From Escherichia coli (lineage in GTDB: Bacteria > Pseudomonadota > Gammaproteobacteria > Enterobacterales > Enterobacteriaceae): 64,000 nucleotides of DNA. The notes below the pieces were generated by a model that did no database searches, had not been told where the DNA came from, and saw only the letters and a list, made by a program, of their open reading frames with translations. Each line of letters begins with the position of its first letter. Positions within the stretch are counted from its first letter, which is position 1. The position numbers were made by a program, and so were the translations under genes. Shown here piece after piece: positions 48,038-60,814 of the stretch. Location: assembly GCF_965641715.1 (NCBI RefSeq), contig NZ_OZ282453.1; one strand, given 5' to 3'.

Positions 48038-48622
48038 ATGCCTAAACTTATTTTAGCCTCCACCTCGCCCTGGCGTCGCGCTCTTCTGGAAAAACTGCAA
48101 ATCTCTTTTGAATGTGCAGCACCAGAGGTCGACGAAACCCCACGCAGCGACGAATCACCGCGACAGTTGGTGCTTCGACTGGCACAAGAAAAAGCGCAAT
48201 CTCTGGCGTCACGTTATCCGGATCATTTAATTATTGGTTCAGACCAGGTATGTGTTCTTGATGGCGAAATCACCGGTAAACCGTTAATGGAAGAAAATGC
48301 CCGTCTGCAATTACGCAAAGCCAGCGGCAATATCGTCACCTTCTATACTGGACTGGCGTTGTTTAATTCGGCGAATGGGCATCTACAAACAGAAGTGGAG
48401 CCTTTTGACGTCCATTTCCGTCACCTGAGCGAGGCGGAGATTGATAATTACGTGCGTAAAGAGCATCCCCTGCACTGCGCGGGTAGCTTTAAGAGTGAAG
48501 GATTTGGCATTACTCTGTTTGAGCGTTTAGAGGGGCGTGATCCTAACACGCTGGTTGGTTTACCGCTAATCGCGCTGTGTCAGATGTTACGTCGGGAAGG
48601 GAAAAACCCGCTGATGGGATAG
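48038..48622 (+). CDS. yceF: Maf-like nucleoside triphosphate pyrophosphatase YceF
   Basis: Start set at [14 protein letters not shown] (194 aa). Confidence 0.9.
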   Translation: MPKLILASTSPWRRALLEKLQISFECAAPEVDETPRSDESPRQLVLRLAQEKAQSLASRYPDHLIIGSDQVCVLDGEITGKPLMEENARLQLRKASGNIVTFYTGLALFNSANGHLQTEVEPFDVHFRHLSEAEIDNYVRKEHPLHCAGSFKSEGFGITLFERLEGRDPNTLVGLPLIALCQMLRREGKNPLMG

Positions 48623-48629
48623 TTTTTTG

Positions 48630-48712
48630 CGCCGGATGTGGTTACTTCGCATCCGGCAATCGGTGCTGGCGGCCTGATGCGGCGTAAACGCCTTATCAGG
48701 CCAACCGCCCAT
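48630..48712. repeat. REP/BIME element (yceF-rluC intergenic)
   Basis: gccggatgtgg...catccggc and ggcctgatgcggcgtaaacgccttatcaggcc palindromic units. Confidence 0.6.
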
Positions 48713-48733
48713 TATCAGGTTTATATGCTTGTA

Positions 48734-49693
48734 TTAGCGCGCGTTACGCAGCTTTTGCAAACAACGCTTCAAACCATCATCCATCGGCGCTTCGATACGC
48801 ATCACCTCACCGGTCCCCGGATGGGTAAACTTCAACGCTGCGGCGTGCAGGAACAGACGATTTAATCCCGTGCCTGCTTCAGTGAGCTGTCTGTCAAATT
48901 CACGGTCACCGTAGCGATCGTCAAAGGCAATCGGATGACCCGCATACTGTGTATGCACACGGATCTGATGAGTACGTCCGGTTACCGGGCTACAGCGCAC
49001 CAGGGTGGCAAATGCATAGCGTTCTTCCACTTTAAAGCGTGTTTCCGACGGTTTGCCTTCCTGACTCACACGCACGATACGTTCGCCGCTTTGCAGAATA
49101 TTTTTCAGTAACGGCGCTTGAACGCTCTTCACATGCGACTGCCACTGACCGCGCACCAGCGCCAGGTAATCTTTTTGCATCCCTTTTTCACGTAATTGCT
49201 CATGCAGAGAACGCAACGCCGAGCGTTTTTTCGCTACCAGCAACACACCTGAAGTGTCCCGGTCGAGACGATGAACCAGTTCAAGGAACCGCGCTTCCGG
49301 GCGCAACGCCCGCAAACCTTCGATAACGCCGAAGCTTAAACCACTGCCGCCATGTACCGCCGTACCGGAAGGTTTATTCAGCACCAGAATATGATCATCT
49401 TCATATAAGATGACGTCCGCCAGCGCCGCCACCTTTTGCAGATGTGGCGAAACCGCCTCTTCTTCCCGCTCAGCAACGCGAACCGGTGGAATACGCACCT
49501 CATCACCCGCTTCGAGTTTATATTCAGGCTTAATACGTTTTTTGTTCACCCGCACTTCGCCTTTACGCAAAATACGGTAAATCATACTTTTTGGTACGCC
49601 TTTCAATTGGGTACGCAAAAAGTTATCGATACGTTGCCCCGCTTCGTCAGCGGTGATAGCAACAATTTTTACGGATGGAGTCTCTGTTTTCAT
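48734..49693 (-). CDS. rluC: 23S rRNA pseudouridine synthase RluC
   Basis: 319 aa with S4 domain and RluA-family catalytic motif HRLDRDTSGVLL. Confidence 0.95.
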   Translation of the reverse strand: MKTETPSVKIVAITADEAGQRIDNFLRTQLKGVPKSMIYRILRKGEVRVNKKRIKPEYKLEAGDEVRIPPVRVAEREEEAVSPHLQKVAALADVILYEDDHILVLNKPSGTAVHGGSGLSFGVIEGLRALRPEARFLELVHRLDRDTSGVLLVAKKRSALRSLHEQLREKGMQKDYLALVRGQWQSHVKSVQAPLLKNILQSGERIVRVSQEGKPSETRFKVEERYAFATLVRCSPVTGRTHQIRVHTQYAGHPIAFDDRYGDREFDRQLTEAGTGLNRLFLHAAALKFTHPGTGEVMRIEAPMDDGLKRCLQKLRNAR

Positions 49694-49899
49694 GGTTGGC
49701 GATTCTAATTAGCCAACAGGATTCGCGCCACTCATTTTTCTATGCTTATATTTACTTTTGCACCTTATTACTTCACTGCGTGATCACTTTATTGATGGTT
49801 ATTAAACCAATCACCAGCAAGAAGTGAAAAAACTGTGAGTAAGCGGGTGATAAATGGTAAAAGTCATCTTGCTATAACAAGGCTTGCAGTGGAATAATG

Positions 49900-50265
49900 A
49901 GGCCGTTTCCGTGTCCATCCTTGTTAAAACAAGAAATTTTACGGAATAACCCATTTTGCCCGACCGATCATCCACGCAGCAATGGCGTAAGACGTATTGA
50001 TCTTTCAGGCAGTTAGCGGGCTGCGGGTTGCAGTCCTTACCGGTAGATGGAAATATTTCTGGAGAGTAATACCCAGTCTGTTTCTTTGATAATTGCGCTG
50101 TTTTTCCGCATGAAAAACGGGCAACCGACACTCTGCGCCTCTTTGAGCTGACGATAACCGTGAGGTTGGCGACGCGACTAGACACGAGGCCATCGGTTCA
50201 CACCCGGAAAGGCGTTACTTTGCCCGCAGCTTAGTCGTCAATGTAAGAATAATGAGTAAGTTACG
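49900..50265 (+). promoter_or_regulatory. rne 5' leader (long structured autoregulatory UTR)
   Basis: ~570-bp ORF-free region upstream of rne; the long rne leader is established knowledge for K-12, not re-derived here. Confidence 0.55.
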
Positions 50266-53200
50266 ATGAAAAGAATGTTAATCAACGCAACTCAGCAGGA
50301 AGAGTTGCGCGTTGCCCTTGTAGATGGGCAGCGTCTGTATGACCTGGATATCGAAAGTCCAGGGCACGAGCAGAAAAAGGCAAACATCTACAAAGGTAAA
50401 ATCACCCGCATTGAACCGAGTCTGGAAGCTGCTTTTGTTGATTACGGCGCTGAACGTCACGGTTTCCTCCCACTAAAAGAAATTGCCCGCGAATATTTCC
50501 CTGCTAACTACAGTGCTCATGGTCGTCCCAACATTAAAGATGTGTTGCGTGAAGGTCAGGAAGTCATTGTTCAGATCGATAAAGAAGAGCGCGGCAACAA
50601 AGGCGCGGCATTAACCACCTTTATCAGTCTGGCGGGTAGCTATCTGGTTCTGATGCCGAACAACCCGCGCGCGGGTGGCATTTCTCGCCGTATCGAAGGC
50701 GACGACCGTACCGAATTAAAAGAAGCACTGGCAAGCCTTGAACTGCCGGAAGGCATGGGGCTTATCGTGCGCACCGCTGGCGTCGGCAAATCTGCTGAGG
50801 CGCTGCAATGGGATTTAAGCTTCCGTCTGAAACACTGGGAAGCCATCAAAAAAGCCGCTGAAAGCCGCCCGGCCCCGTTCCTGATTCATCAGGAGAGCAA
50901 CGTAATCGTTCGCGCATTCCGCGATTACTTACGTCAGGACATCGGCGAAATCCTTATCGATAACCCGAAAGTGCTCGAACTGGCACGTCAGCATATCGCT
51001 GCATTAGGTCGCCCGGATTTCAGCAGCAAAATCAAACTGTACACCGGCGAGATCCCGCTGTTCAGCCACTACCAGATCGAGTCGCAGATCGAGTCCGCCT
51101 TCCAGCGTGAAGTCCGTCTGCCATCCGGTGGTTCCATTGTTATCGACAGCACCGAAGCGTTAACGGCCATCGACATCAACTCCGCACGCGCGACCCGCGG
51201 CGGCGATATCGAAGAAACCGCGTTTAACACTAACCTCGAAGCTGCCGATGAGATTGCTCGTCAGCTGCGCCTGCGTGACCTCGGCGGCCTGATTGTTATC
51301 GACTTCATCGACATGACGCCTGTACGCCACCAGCGTGCGGTAGAAAACCGTCTGCGTGAAGCGGTGCGTCAGGACCGTGCGCGTATTCAAATCAGCCATA
51401 TTTCTCGCTTTGGCCTGCTGGAAATGTCCCGTCAGCGCCTGAGCCCATCACTGGGTGAATCCAGTCATCACGTTTGTCCGCGTTGTTCTGGTACTGGCAC
51501 CGTGCGTGACAACGAATCGCTGTCGCTCTCTATTCTGCGTCTGATCGAAGAAGAAGCGCTGAAAGAGAACACCCAGGAAGTTCACGCCATTGTTCCTGTG
51601 CCAATCGCTTCTTACCTGCTGAATGAAAAACGTTCTGCGGTAAATGCCATTGAAACTCGTCAGGACGGTGTGCGCTGTGTAATTGTGCCAAACGATCAGA
51701 TGGAAACCCCGCACTACCACGTGCTGCGCGTGCGTAAAGGGGAGGAAACCCCAACCTTAAGCTACATGCTGCCGAAGCTGCATGAAGAAGCGATGGCGCT
51801 GCCGTCTGAAGAAGAGTTCGCTGAACGTAAGCGTCCGGAACAACCTGCGCTGGCAACCTTTGCCATGCCGGATGTGCCGCCAGCGCCAACGCCAGCTGAA
51901 CCTGCCGCGCCTGTTGTAGCCCCAGCACCGAAAGCTGCACCGGCAACACCAGCAACTTCTGCACAACCTGGGCTGTTGAGCCGCTTCTTCGGCGCACTGA
52001 AAGCGCTGTTCAGCGGTGGTGAAGAAACCAAACCGACCGAGCAACCAGCACCGAAAGCAGAAGCGAAACCGGAACGTCAACAGGATCGTCGCAAGCCTCG
52101 TCAGAACAACCGCCGTGACCGTAATGAGCGCCGCGACACCCGTAGTGAACGTACTGAAGGCAGCGATAATCGCGAAGAAAACCGTCGTAATCGTCGCCAG
52201 GCACAGCAGCAGACTGCCGAGACGCGTGAGAGCCGTCAGCAGGCTGAGGTAACGGAAAAAGCGCGTACCGCCGACGAGCAGCAAGCGCCGCGTCGTGAAC
52301 GTAGCCGCCGCCGTAACGATGATAAACGTCAGGCGCAACAAGAAGCGAAGGCGCTGAATGTTGAAGAGCAATCTGTTCAGGAAACCGAACAGGAAGAACG
52401 TGTACGTCCGGTTCAGCCGCGTCGTAAACAGCGTCAGCTCAATCAGAAAGTGCGTTACGAGCAAAGCGTAGCCGAAGAAACGGTAGTCGCACCGGTGGCT
52501 GAAGAAACTGTCGCTGCCGAACCAATTGTTCAGGAAGCGCCAGCTCCACGCACAGAACTGGTGAAAGTCCCGCTGCCAGTCGTAGCGCAAACTGCACCAG
52601 AACAGCAAGAAGAGAACAATGCTGATAACCGTGACAACGGTGGCATGCCGCGTCGTTCTCGCCGCTCGCCTCGTCACCTGCGCGTGAGTGGTCAGCGTCG
52701 TCGTCGCTATCGTGACGAGCGTTATCCAACCCAATCGCCAATGCCGTTGACCGTAGCGTGCGCGTCTCCGGAACTGGCCTCTGGCAAAGTCTGGATCCGC
52801 TATCCAATTGTACGTCCGCAAGATGTACAAGTTGAAGAGCAGCGCGAACAGGAAGAAGTACAAGTGCAGCCGATGGTGACTGAGGTCCCTGTCGCCGCCG
52901 CTGTCGAACCTGTTGTTAGCGCGCCAGTTGTTGAAGAAGTGGCTGAAGTCGTAGAAGCCCCCGTTCAGATTGCCGAACCGCAACCGGAAGTGGTTGAAAC
53001 GACGCATCCTGAAGTAATTGCCGCCGCGGTAACTGAACAGCCGCAGGTGATTACCGAGTCTGATGTTGCCGTAGCCCAGGAAGTCGCAGAACACGCAGAA
53101 CCGGTGGTTGAACCGCAGGAAGAGACGGCAGATATTGAAGAAGTTGCCGAAACTGCTGAGGTTGTAGTTGCTGAACCTGAAGTTGTTGCTCAACCTGCCG

Positions 53201-53451
53201 CGCCAGTCGTCGCTGAAGTCGCAGCAGAAGTTGAAACGGTAGCTGCGGTCGAACCTGAGGTCACCGTTGAGCATAACCACGCTACCGCGCCAATGACGCG
53301 CGCTCCAGCACCGGAATATGTTCCGGAGGCACCGCGTCACAGTGACTGGCAGCGCCCTACTTTTGCCTTCGAAGGTAAAGGTGCCGCAGGTGGTCATACG
53401 GCAACACATCATGCCTCTGCCGCTCCTGCGCGTCCGCAACCTGTTGAGTAA
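50266..53451 (+). CDS. rne: Ribonuclease E
   Basis: 1061 aa; conserved catalytic N-terminal half and Arg/Pro/Glu-rich low-complexity C-terminal scaffold. Confidence 0.97.
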   Translation: MKRMLINATQQEELRVALVDGQRLYDLDIESPGHEQKKANIYKGKITRIEPSLEAAFVDYGAERHGFLPLKEIAREYFPANYSAHGRPNIKDVLREGQEVIVQIDKEERGNKGAALTTFISLAGSYLVLMPNNPRAGGISRRIEGDDRTELKEALASLELPEGMGLIVRTAGVGKSAEALQWDLSFRLKHWEAIKKAAESRPAPFLIHQESNVIVRAFRDYLRQDIGEILIDNPKVLELARQHIAALGRPDFSSKIKLYTGEIPLFSHYQIESQIESAFQREVRLPSGGSIVIDSTEALTAIDINSARATRGGDIEETAFNTNLEAADEIARQLRLRDLGGLIVIDFIDMTPVRHQRAVENRLREAVRQDRARIQISHISRFGLLEMSRQRLSPSLGESSHHVCPRCSGTGTVRDNESLSLSILRLIEEEALKENTQEVHAIVPVPIASYLLNEKRSAVNAIETRQDGVRCVIVPNDQMETPHYHVLRVRKGEETPTLSYMLPKLHEEAMALPSEEEFAERKRPEQPALATFAMPDVPPAPTPAEPAAPVVAPAPKAAPATPATSAQPGLLSRFFGALKALFSGGEETKPTEQPAPKAEAKPERQQDRRKPRQNNRRDRNERRDTRSERTEGSDNREENRRNRRQAQQQTAETRESRQQAEVTEKARTADEQQAPRRERSRRRNDDKRQAQQEAKALNVEEQSVQETEQEERVRPVQPRRKQRQLNQKVRYEQSVAEETVVAPVAEETVAAEPIVQEAPAPRTELVKVPLPVVAQTAPEQQEENNADNRDNGGMPRRSRRSPRHLRVSGQRRRRYRDERYPTQSPMPLTVACASPELASGKVWIRYPIVRPQDVQVEEQREQEEVQVQPMVTEVPVAAAVEPVVSAPVVEEVAEVVEAPVQIAEPQPEVVETTHPEVIAAAVTEQPQVITESDVAVAQEVAEHAEPVVEPQEETADIEEVAETAEVVVAEPEVVAQPAAPVVAEVAAEVETVAAVEPEVTVEHNHATAPMTRAPAPEYVPEAPRHSDWQRPTFAFEGKGAAGGHTATHHASAAPARPQPVE

Positions 53452-53469
53452 TAATTAGCTCAAGTAATC

Positions 53470-53500
53470 AAGCCCTGGTAACTGCCAGGGCTTTTTTATT
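53470..53500. terminator. rne intrinsic terminator
   Basis: aaGCCCTGGtaactgCCAGGGCttttttatttc. Confidence 0.7.
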
Positions 53501-53645
53501 TCATCTTTGAATCAACATATTAAAATTCATCGAATGGCATCCTTGCTAACCAACAATGCAAAATAGGCAAAAAAATGCCCGCCCCGGCGATCCCAGAGCA
53601 GGCAGACAAAACATACCCAGTTTCATGATATGTTTTAAAGCGAAA

Positions 53646-54599
53646 TTATTTGTTGAGCTGGAAGAGCGACAATCCCTGCATATCGGTAAATGCTTTATAC
53701 GATGCCTGCAATGCCGTTTGCTGCATGATGTAAGATGAAATAGTTGCATTCCAGTCCACATCAACCAGATCGCTCATCTGCTGCGTTTGCCCTAAAGCGC
53801 GATCGCTACCTAATGAATCCAGCGACTCCAGTTCGTTCAGCTGCGTGCCTAATTCCGCGCGAACGGTCAGGACATTGTTCAGCGAGTTTTTCAGTCCGCG
53901 GTTGGTTTTATCTAACGCCGCAGCAGCGATTTCTTTATCCGCTTCGCTATCCGCGACCGGCGTTTTCAGGGCTGCGATGGCGCTATCCAGCATGGCAAAA
54001 AGATTGGTTTCAGAAGCGCTACCGTCTGGTTCCGCTACCGCGTTACTGGTAATACTGTCGAAAATTTTGTCGCCCGTATGTCCTATCACCATCGAACGCG
54101 AAGCATCGACCTGTTGCTTAATACTTTCTGTTCCGCCGACATAATCACCGTTAGCCTCGCTAAACGGCGCAGTCTCTGTTTTATAACCGGCAAAAATGTA
54201 GCGCCCGTTACCGTCAGTGGTGTTCGCCAGATTCAGCAACTGGTCACGAAGCCCCTGAATATCCGTAGCCAGCGAGGCCCGGTCATCGTCACTCAAGGTG
54301 CCATTGCTGGCGTAGACAATTTTTTCCTGAGCATTCTGGATAGCGGTGGTGACCTGGCTAAGTACACTCTCTTCCAGTGACACTTTTTGAGTGGCGAAAG
54401 TACGCGCCAGCGTGTACTGGCTGTTTTGCGCCTGTGCCTGGGAGAGAACAACAGCTTGTGATGCAGCAATGGGATCATCTGAAGGGTTAACGACTCGCTT
54501 ACCCGTCGACATCTGTTCACCGAACTTCATCCATTCTGCCTGAGAATTGGTGATGCCGCGCATGTTTTGCTGGTACATCATCTGGGTACTGAAACGCAT
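53646..54599 (-). CDS. flgL: Flagellar hook-filament junction protein FlgL
   Basis: 317-aa translation recognised. Confidence 0.95.
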   Translation of the reverse strand: MRFSTQMMYQQNMRGITNSQAEWMKFGEQMSTGKRVVNPSDDPIAASQAVVLSQAQAQNSQYTLARTFATQKVSLEESVLSQVTTAIQNAQEKIVYASNGTLSDDDRASLATDIQGLRDQLLNLANTTDGNGRYIFAGYKTETAPFSEANGDYVGGTESIKQQVDASRSMVIGHTGDKIFDSITSNAVAEPDGSASETNLFAMLDSAIAALKTPVADSEADKEIAAAALDKTNRGLKNSLNNVLTVRAELGTQLNELESLDSLGSDRALGQTQQMSDLVDVDWNATISSYIMQQTALQASYKAFTDMQGLSLFQLNK

Positions 54600-54610
54600 T
54601 TTATCTCCCC

Positions 54611-56254
54611 TTAGCGAATGTTAATCAGCGCATCAAAAATCGCGTTTGCCGTCTGCAGAACCTGCGCATTCGCGAGGTAATACTGCTGAAAACGTTGCAG
54701 ATTTCCGTACTCCTCATCGAGATTGACACCGGAAATCGACTGCTGCTGATTGGAAAGCTGCGTCACCACATTACCTTGCGTGGCGCTACTGGTTTTCAAC
54801 GTCGCGGTTTTATTACCGATATCACTCACTAACGAGGCATAAGCGTCGTTAAAGGATTTCGCACCGCCCACCGTTTTACTGTTGCTTTGCAGATCCAGCA
54901 GGGCCTGACCGTTGCGGTTGTCGCTATCACCCGCATCTTCTGCGCTCGCCATGGCGATTTTCGCTTCGTCAGTGATTAATACATCCATGTTGACGATGGC
55001 GTCACTTACCGGTTTCAACGTGAAGCTGTCGTTAACGGCAGGCGTTCCTGTAAACGTCAACTCCAGACCATCAAATGCCACTTTACCGTTGGCATCCGGC
55101 GTCACCGTAAAAGTGGTATTGCTGGCAAGGCGGGTGACCTGCCACTGATTATTATCGAACGAGATTTTGTAATCTGTCGCCAGTACCGCGGAGGCATCAG
55201 TTACCGTTGCACCGATCGCAACGTCACCTTTGTTTTTCGTGTTTTGCAGAACCGCGGGCTTACCGATAGCAAAGAAATCTTCACCGGCATCGCCGTTAGC
55301 ATCAAATCCGGCTTTGTGTTGGGTGTTGAAAGCCTCGGCAAATGCCAGCGCCAGTTGTCCAAGCGTATTACGCGTCTGGTCCAGATCCTGAGAACGGAAT
55401 GTCAGAATGCCGCCCAGCGACCCGGTATTCAGCAATTTCTCCGGGATCTCAATATTGCCTGCCGTACCATCAACGTAAGCGACAGTCGTACGAGAAGGGT
55501 CAGCGCTGGAAGGAACTGCCGCCAGCTGCCGCGCCGTACTTCCCTGAACCAGTGAGTAGCCATTGGCCATCGTGATGTTATAAGTGCCACCATCCTGAAC
55601 GCTAACTTCTACGCCAACAATCTGGTTTAATTCACTCACCAGTTGATCGCGTTGATCCAGCAGATTGTTAGGTGACGCCCCTGCCCCCACGCCTGTCAGA
55701 CGCGAGATTTGATCGTTCAGGCTGGCGATTTGTTTAGCGTAATTGTTGATCTGATCAACGCTGGCACCTATCGCGATATTGACCTGTTTGTCCTGGTCGC
55801 GCAGATATTGATCGGTGGTTTTAAACTGATTCACCAACCCTTCTGATTTCCCAATCAGCGCCTGGCGCGCTGCCGGGTCTTCCGCGTTACTCACCAGCGT
55901 TTGCAGGCTGGTGAAGAAATCCTGCATCTGTGTTGCCAGCGAAGAGGTACTGGTGGAGAGCATATTGTCGATTTTCGACATCTGCTCATAGCGGGCAGTC
56001 AGGCCGCTACTTTGCGTCTGCGCAGCACGTAACTGGTTGGTAATAAACGCATCATACTCACGCTGCACACCAGAAACGTAGACGCCATTGCCAACCCAGC
56101 CGCCAGCGCCCAACGTGCTATTGGCCTGCGCCATAATAGTGGTTTGGCGGGTATATCCGGCAACGTTATAGCTGGAGATATTATTACTTGCCGTATTTAA
56201 CGCCGCCTGGGCCGCGTTCAGTCCGCTCATGGCGTTATTGATCAAGCTGGACAT
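54611..56254 (-). CDS. flgK: Flagellar hook-associated protein FlgK
   Basis: 547-aa translation recognised. Confidence 0.95.
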   Translation of the reverse strand: MSSLINNAMSGLNAAQAALNTASNNISSYNVAGYTRQTTIMAQANSTLGAGGWVGNGVYVSGVQREYDAFITNQLRAAQTQSSGLTARYEQMSKIDNMLSTSTSSLATQMQDFFTSLQTLVSNAEDPAARQALIGKSEGLVNQFKTTDQYLRDQDKQVNIAIGASVDQINNYAKQIASLNDQISRLTGVGAGASPNNLLDQRDQLVSELNQIVGVEVSVQDGGTYNITMANGYSLVQGSTARQLAAVPSSADPSRTTVAYVDGTAGNIEIPEKLLNTGSLGGILTFRSQDLDQTRNTLGQLALAFAEAFNTQHKAGFDANGDAGEDFFAIGKPAVLQNTKNKGDVAIGATVTDASAVLATDYKISFDNNQWQVTRLASNTTFTVTPDANGKVAFDGLELTFTGTPAVNDSFTLKPVSDAIVNMDVLITDEAKIAMASAEDAGDSDNRNGQALLDLQSNSKTVGGAKSFNDAYASLVSDIGNKTATLKTSSATQGNVVTQLSNQQQSISGVNLDEEYGNLQRFQQYYLANAQVLQTANAIFDALINIR

Positions 56255-56319
56255 GGAGGTTCCTTATAAGCCTTCAATTACAGAGTATTATCGGCAGCGA
56301 CCCGCCGGACTTGAGTTAT

Positions 56320-57261
56320 TCAGAACAGATTATCAATGTTCATGCTGTAGGTTTTGCTCACCTTGTCGCTTATCGATTTCATCTGCTGAATCATGCTGGT
56401 GAGTTTGCGGGCATAGTGAGGATCGGTGGCATAGCCCGCGTCCTGTAGGGCCTGCGCCCCCTGCTCCGCACTCGCGGCGGTCGTCACGGCGGCGTAGCGC
56501 GGGTTACGCGTTAACAGCCCAACGTAATCCGACAATGCTTCCAGATACGAGCTGTAGACCCGAAACTTCGCTTTTACTTTCTTCGCTTCGCCATTTTCAT
56601 ATTCAGTCGTGGTGATTTCAGTGACTGGCCCTTTCCAGTTGCCAGAGGCTTTGACGCCAAACAGGTTATAGCTCGGCTCGCCGTTTTCACGGCGGATTTG
56701 CCGTTGTCCCCAGCCAGATTCCAGCGCCGCCTGAGCGAGGATCAAATGATGTGGCACACCGCTTTGCTGGCTTGCCAGTTGGGCGGGCAACGAGAGTTGC
56801 GCGAGGAATGCTTTACTGTCACCCGGCAGCGAATCATCGTAGTTACGTGGTACGGCCTTTTGCACCAGCTGCGAAAGCGTCTGATTTTGATAACGCACCA
56901 CGGTTTCGAGCGGGAATTTCATCGGTGCTGCTGGCGTGGACTCCTCTGGCAATGGTTGTTCTGGCGTCATCTGTTTAACCATCATCTCTGCCAGCCCCAG
57001 ACCTTTGCCCGCCGTCATCTGTTGGGCAATCTGCTGGTCATACATACTGGTATACAGGCGAGTGTGCTCGCTGCTGAACAGGCCATCTTTTGGTAAAGCG
57101 TCGCGCATGCTTTTCAACATCATCTGCACGAACATCCCTTCCACCTGGCGGGCCACCGGACGGATATTTGCCGCCGGATCTTCGCCCGCTTTCGCCTTAA
57201 GTTCGTTGAGCGATTGTGCATCCCAGGCCGCACTTGCCAGTAGTTTGCTGTCGCTGATCAT
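56320..57261 (-). CDS. flgJ: Flagellar rod assembly protein / peptidoglycan hydrolase FlgJ
   Basis: Start set at [14 protein letters not shown] (313 aa); ATGA overlap with the flgI stop. Confidence 0.9.
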   Translation of the reverse strand: MISDSKLLASAAWDAQSLNELKAKAGEDPAANIRPVARQVEGMFVQMMLKSMRDALPKDGLFSSEHTRLYTSMYDQQIAQQMTAGKGLGLAEMMVKQMTPEQPLPEESTPAAPMKFPLETVVRYQNQTLSQLVQKAVPRNYDDSLPGDSKAFLAQLSLPAQLASQQSGVPHHLILAQAALESGWGQRQIRRENGEPSYNLFGVKASGNWKGPVTEITTTEYENGEAKKVKAKFRVYSSYLEALSDYVGLLTRNPRYAAVTTAASAEQGAQALQDAGYATDPHYARKLTSMIQQMKSISDKVSKTYSMNIDNLF

Positions 57262-58358
57262 CAGATGATTTCCAGTTTTGCCCGCAGACATCCCGCACTT
57301 TGCATCGATTGCAAAATAGACATCAGATCCATCGGCGTAGCGCCCAGCGCATTGAGCGCGCGCACCACGTTATTGAGGCTGGCGCTGGAACGTACGCTTT
57401 GCAGCGAGCCGCCGCTCTGGCGTAAATCGATCTGCGTTTGTGGCGTTACCACAGTCTGCCCGCCACCAAACGGTGTATCTGGCTGGCTGACATTGGCCTG
57501 CCGATTTACCGTAACCGAGAGATTCCCCTGCGCTACCGCGCAGCTGTCGAGGGTCACTTCGCGATTCATCACCACCGAACCGGTGCGCGAGTTAATCACT
57601 ACTTTAGCGTCCTGCGAGGTGACATTAACCTGCATATTCTGGATATCGGCAAGGAAACGGACCTGGGAACTGTTGCCACTTGGTACGCGCACCTGAATAG
57701 TCCTCGCATCTAACGCGGTGGCGCTGCCATATCCACGCACGCGGTTGATGGTGTCAGCGATTTGCTGCGCCATGCTGAAATCTTCGTCGTTAAGTTGCAA
57801 ATTAAGGGTATTCCCGACGCCAAACTGGCTGGGCAATTCACGTTCAATAACCGCACCATTGGTGATCCGTCCACCGTTCAGTTGGTTCACCTGAACACTG
57901 CTACCGCCAGCGGAGGCTCCTGCGCCGCCAACCAGAATATTGCCCTGCGCCAGCGCATACACCTGACTGTCAACGCCCTTAAGCGGTGTCATCAATAACG
58001 TACCGCCACGCAGACTTTTGGCATTTCCCATGGAAGAAACCACCACATCAATGGTTTGCCCCTGACGTCCAAACGGTGGAAGTGACGCCGTCACCATTAC
58101 CGCAGCGACGTTTTTTAGCTGCATATTGGTGCCCGTCGGAACGGTAATTCCCAGCTGTGAGAGCATGTTATTAAGCGTTTGTGTGGTAAACGGCGTCTGA
58201 GTTGTCTGGTCACCGGTGCCATCCAGCCCCACCACCAGGCCATAGCCAATCAGTGAGTTTTGCCTTACCCCCTGAACACTGGTGAGATCGCGAATACGCT
58301 CAGCCTGAACCGCCGTCGTAACCAGCAGAAGAATTAATGCAGAGAGAAATTTAATCAC
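57261..58358 (-). CDS. flgI: Flagellar P-ring protein FlgI
   Basis: 365 aa with signal peptide; start placed at the second of two tandem GTG codons. Confidence 0.9.
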   Translation of the reverse strand: MIKFLSALILLLVTTAVQAERIRDLTSVQGVRQNSLIGYGLVVGLDGTGDQTTQTPFTTQTLNNMLSQLGITVPTGTNMQLKNVAAVMVTASLPPFGRQGQTIDVVVSSMGNAKSLRGGTLLMTPLKGVDSQVYALAQGNILVGGAGASAGGSSVQVNQLNGGRITNGAVIERELPSQFGVGNTLNLQLNDEDFSMAQQIADTINRVRGYGSATALDARTIQVRVPSGNSSQVRFLADIQNMQVNVTSQDAKVVINSRTGSVVMNREVTLDSCAVAQGNLSVTVNRQANVSQPDTPFGGGQTVVTPQTQIDLRQSGGSLQSVRSSASLNNVVRALNALGATPMDLMSILQSMQSAGCLRAKLEII

Positions 58359-58369
58359 CACAGCCTCAC

Positions 58370-59068
58370 TTACATTGGCGACAGGTTAAGGAAGAAACGT
58401 TGCAACCAGCCCATATTTTGCGCTTCGTTAATGTAGCCATTGCCTACGTATTCAATGCGCGCATCCGCCACCTGAGTAGACGGTACGGTATTGCTGCCGC
58501 TGATGGTGCGTGGATTAACCACGCCAGAGAAGCGAATAAATTCGGTACCCTGATTAATGGCAATCTGTTTTTCACCCACCACATGTAGGTTGCCGTTAAC
58601 CAGTACCTGGTCAACCGTCACCGTCAACGTGCCGCTAAAGGTATTGCTGGCATTGGCCCCGCCCTTTCCGTTGAACGTGTTACCACCGGAGGCCTCGACA
58701 TCGGCACGAGCGTTACCAAACAGCCCCTGCAAATAGCGCGGCACAGTATCAAAGCCAAAATTAGTTTTACCGTCACGGCTGGCATTCGCAGAGGAGCTTT
58801 TGCTGGCGCTGACGTTCTCCTGCAACACGATGGTCAGCGTATCGCCAATATTGCGTGGTCGACGATCTTCAAACAGCGGTTGATAGCCATAGTTAATCGG
58901 CTGAGCAGACTGGAAAATAGACCCGTTGGCGACGGGCGTCGGACCGGGAACCGGCTGTGCACTGGTCGCCCCCTGTACCAGCGGCGTGGAGGGTATCCAG
59001 GCGCAGCCGGTTAGTGAAAGCACCAACAAGCTGGAAATGGCATAAGTATGCGCAGCGTTTTTTTGCAT
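58370..59068 (-). CDS. flgH: Flagellar L-ring lipoprotein FlgH
   Basis: Start set at [22 protein letters not shown] (232 aa); lipobox. Confidence 0.9.
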   Translation of the reverse strand: MQKNAAHTYAISSLLVLSLTGCAWIPSTPLVQGATSAQPVPGPTPVANGSIFQSAQPINYGYQPLFEDRRPRNIGDTLTIVLQENVSASKSSSANASRDGKTNFGFDTVPRYLQGLFGNARADVEASGGNTFNGKGGANASNTFSGTLTVTVDQVLVNGNLHVVGEKQIAINQGTEFIRFSGVVNPRTISGSNTVPSTQVADARIEYVGNGYINEAQNMGWLQRFFLNLSPM

Positions 59069-59120
59069 GGCTATCATCTTCAAAAATCAGTAAACCGGTG
59101 AATCTGCCACCGGTTATGCC

Positions 59121-59921
<801 letters not shown>

Positions 59922-60039
59922 TTAGTGACAAGCAGAGCAGAAGCACGCGACGGTGCGAATTTCCCCTCACCCTAACCTCTCCCAAAATGGGCGAGAGAAT
60001 AGTCCGCGCGCTTTTATTGCAATGTCATCAATCGTTTAA

Positions 60040-60795
60040 TTAACTCATCGACAGCAGTTGGTTGGCACGGCCTGCGTTATCATCGACGCTGCTGATCACC
60101 TTCATCTGCATTTCAAAACGCCGCGCGCTGGCAATCATGTCGCTCATTGCCGCAACGGCATTGACGTTACTGCCTTCCAGAACTCCCGACATCACACGCA
60201 AGGTTGGATCTGCCTGCAGTACCGGCCCACGCGTGGCCTGGCTTTCCGCGCTTAAACGAAAAATGCCGTCGTCACCGCGCTGCACTTCGCTGCCCGTGGC
60301 TTTCACCAGTTTCAGACGCCCCACTGGCGCAACCGTATTTGCCGGATCGCCCGGATTCAGCGCCGAGATAGTGCCATCGGCAGCAATAGTGATTTCCGCC
60401 CCTTCCGGCACAGCAATTGGCCCCGCCTCGCCTATCACCGGATGTCCCTGAATTGTCAGTTGCCCGGTGGGATCAACCTGAATGCTGCCATTACGCGTAT
60501 ACCCTTCGCTGCTGTCAGCGGTCTGCACGGCCAGCCAGCCATCCTGCTGCAACGCAACGTCCAGCGGGCGCGAGGTGTAATCCATCTTGCCGGGCGTCAT
60601 GTCTGCCCCCGGCGTTGACGCCGTTACCAGCGTGCGCGTGGGCAGTGAAAGCCCTTCCACCGGCACTGCGCGCAAGGCGTTTAACTGCGCGCGAAAACCG
60701 GGCGTAGAGGCATTGGCCAGATTACTGGCGGTTACCGCCTGTTGATTCAGCGTCTGGCTGGCTGCTCCCATCGCGGTATAAATTGCGTGATCCAT
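60040..60795 (-). CDS. flgF: Flagellar proximal rod protein FlgF
   Basis: 251-aa translation recognised. Confidence 0.95.
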   Translation of the reverse strand: MDHAIYTAMGAASQTLNQQAVTASNLANASTPGFRAQLNALRAVPVEGLSLPTRTLVTASTPGADMTPGKMDYTSRPLDVALQQDGWLAVQTADSSEGYTRNGSIQVDPTGQLTIQGHPVIGEAGPIAVPEGAEITIAADGTISALNPGDPANTVAPVGRLKLVKATGSEVQRGDDGIFRLSAESQATRGPVLQADPTLRVMSGVLEGSNVNAVAAMSDMIASARRFEMQMKVISSVDDNAGRANQLLSMS

Positions 60796-60814
60796 TGAGC
60801 TATCCCGTCAGCGA

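Noticed and set aside
51757-53439. 560-aa minus-strand ORF (plus shorter ones) antisense to rne
   Set aside because: Lies entirely within the well-supported rne coding region; the translation is low-complexity Arg/Phe/Cys-rich nonsense, typical of a stop-poor antisense frame in a repetitive GC-rich gene.
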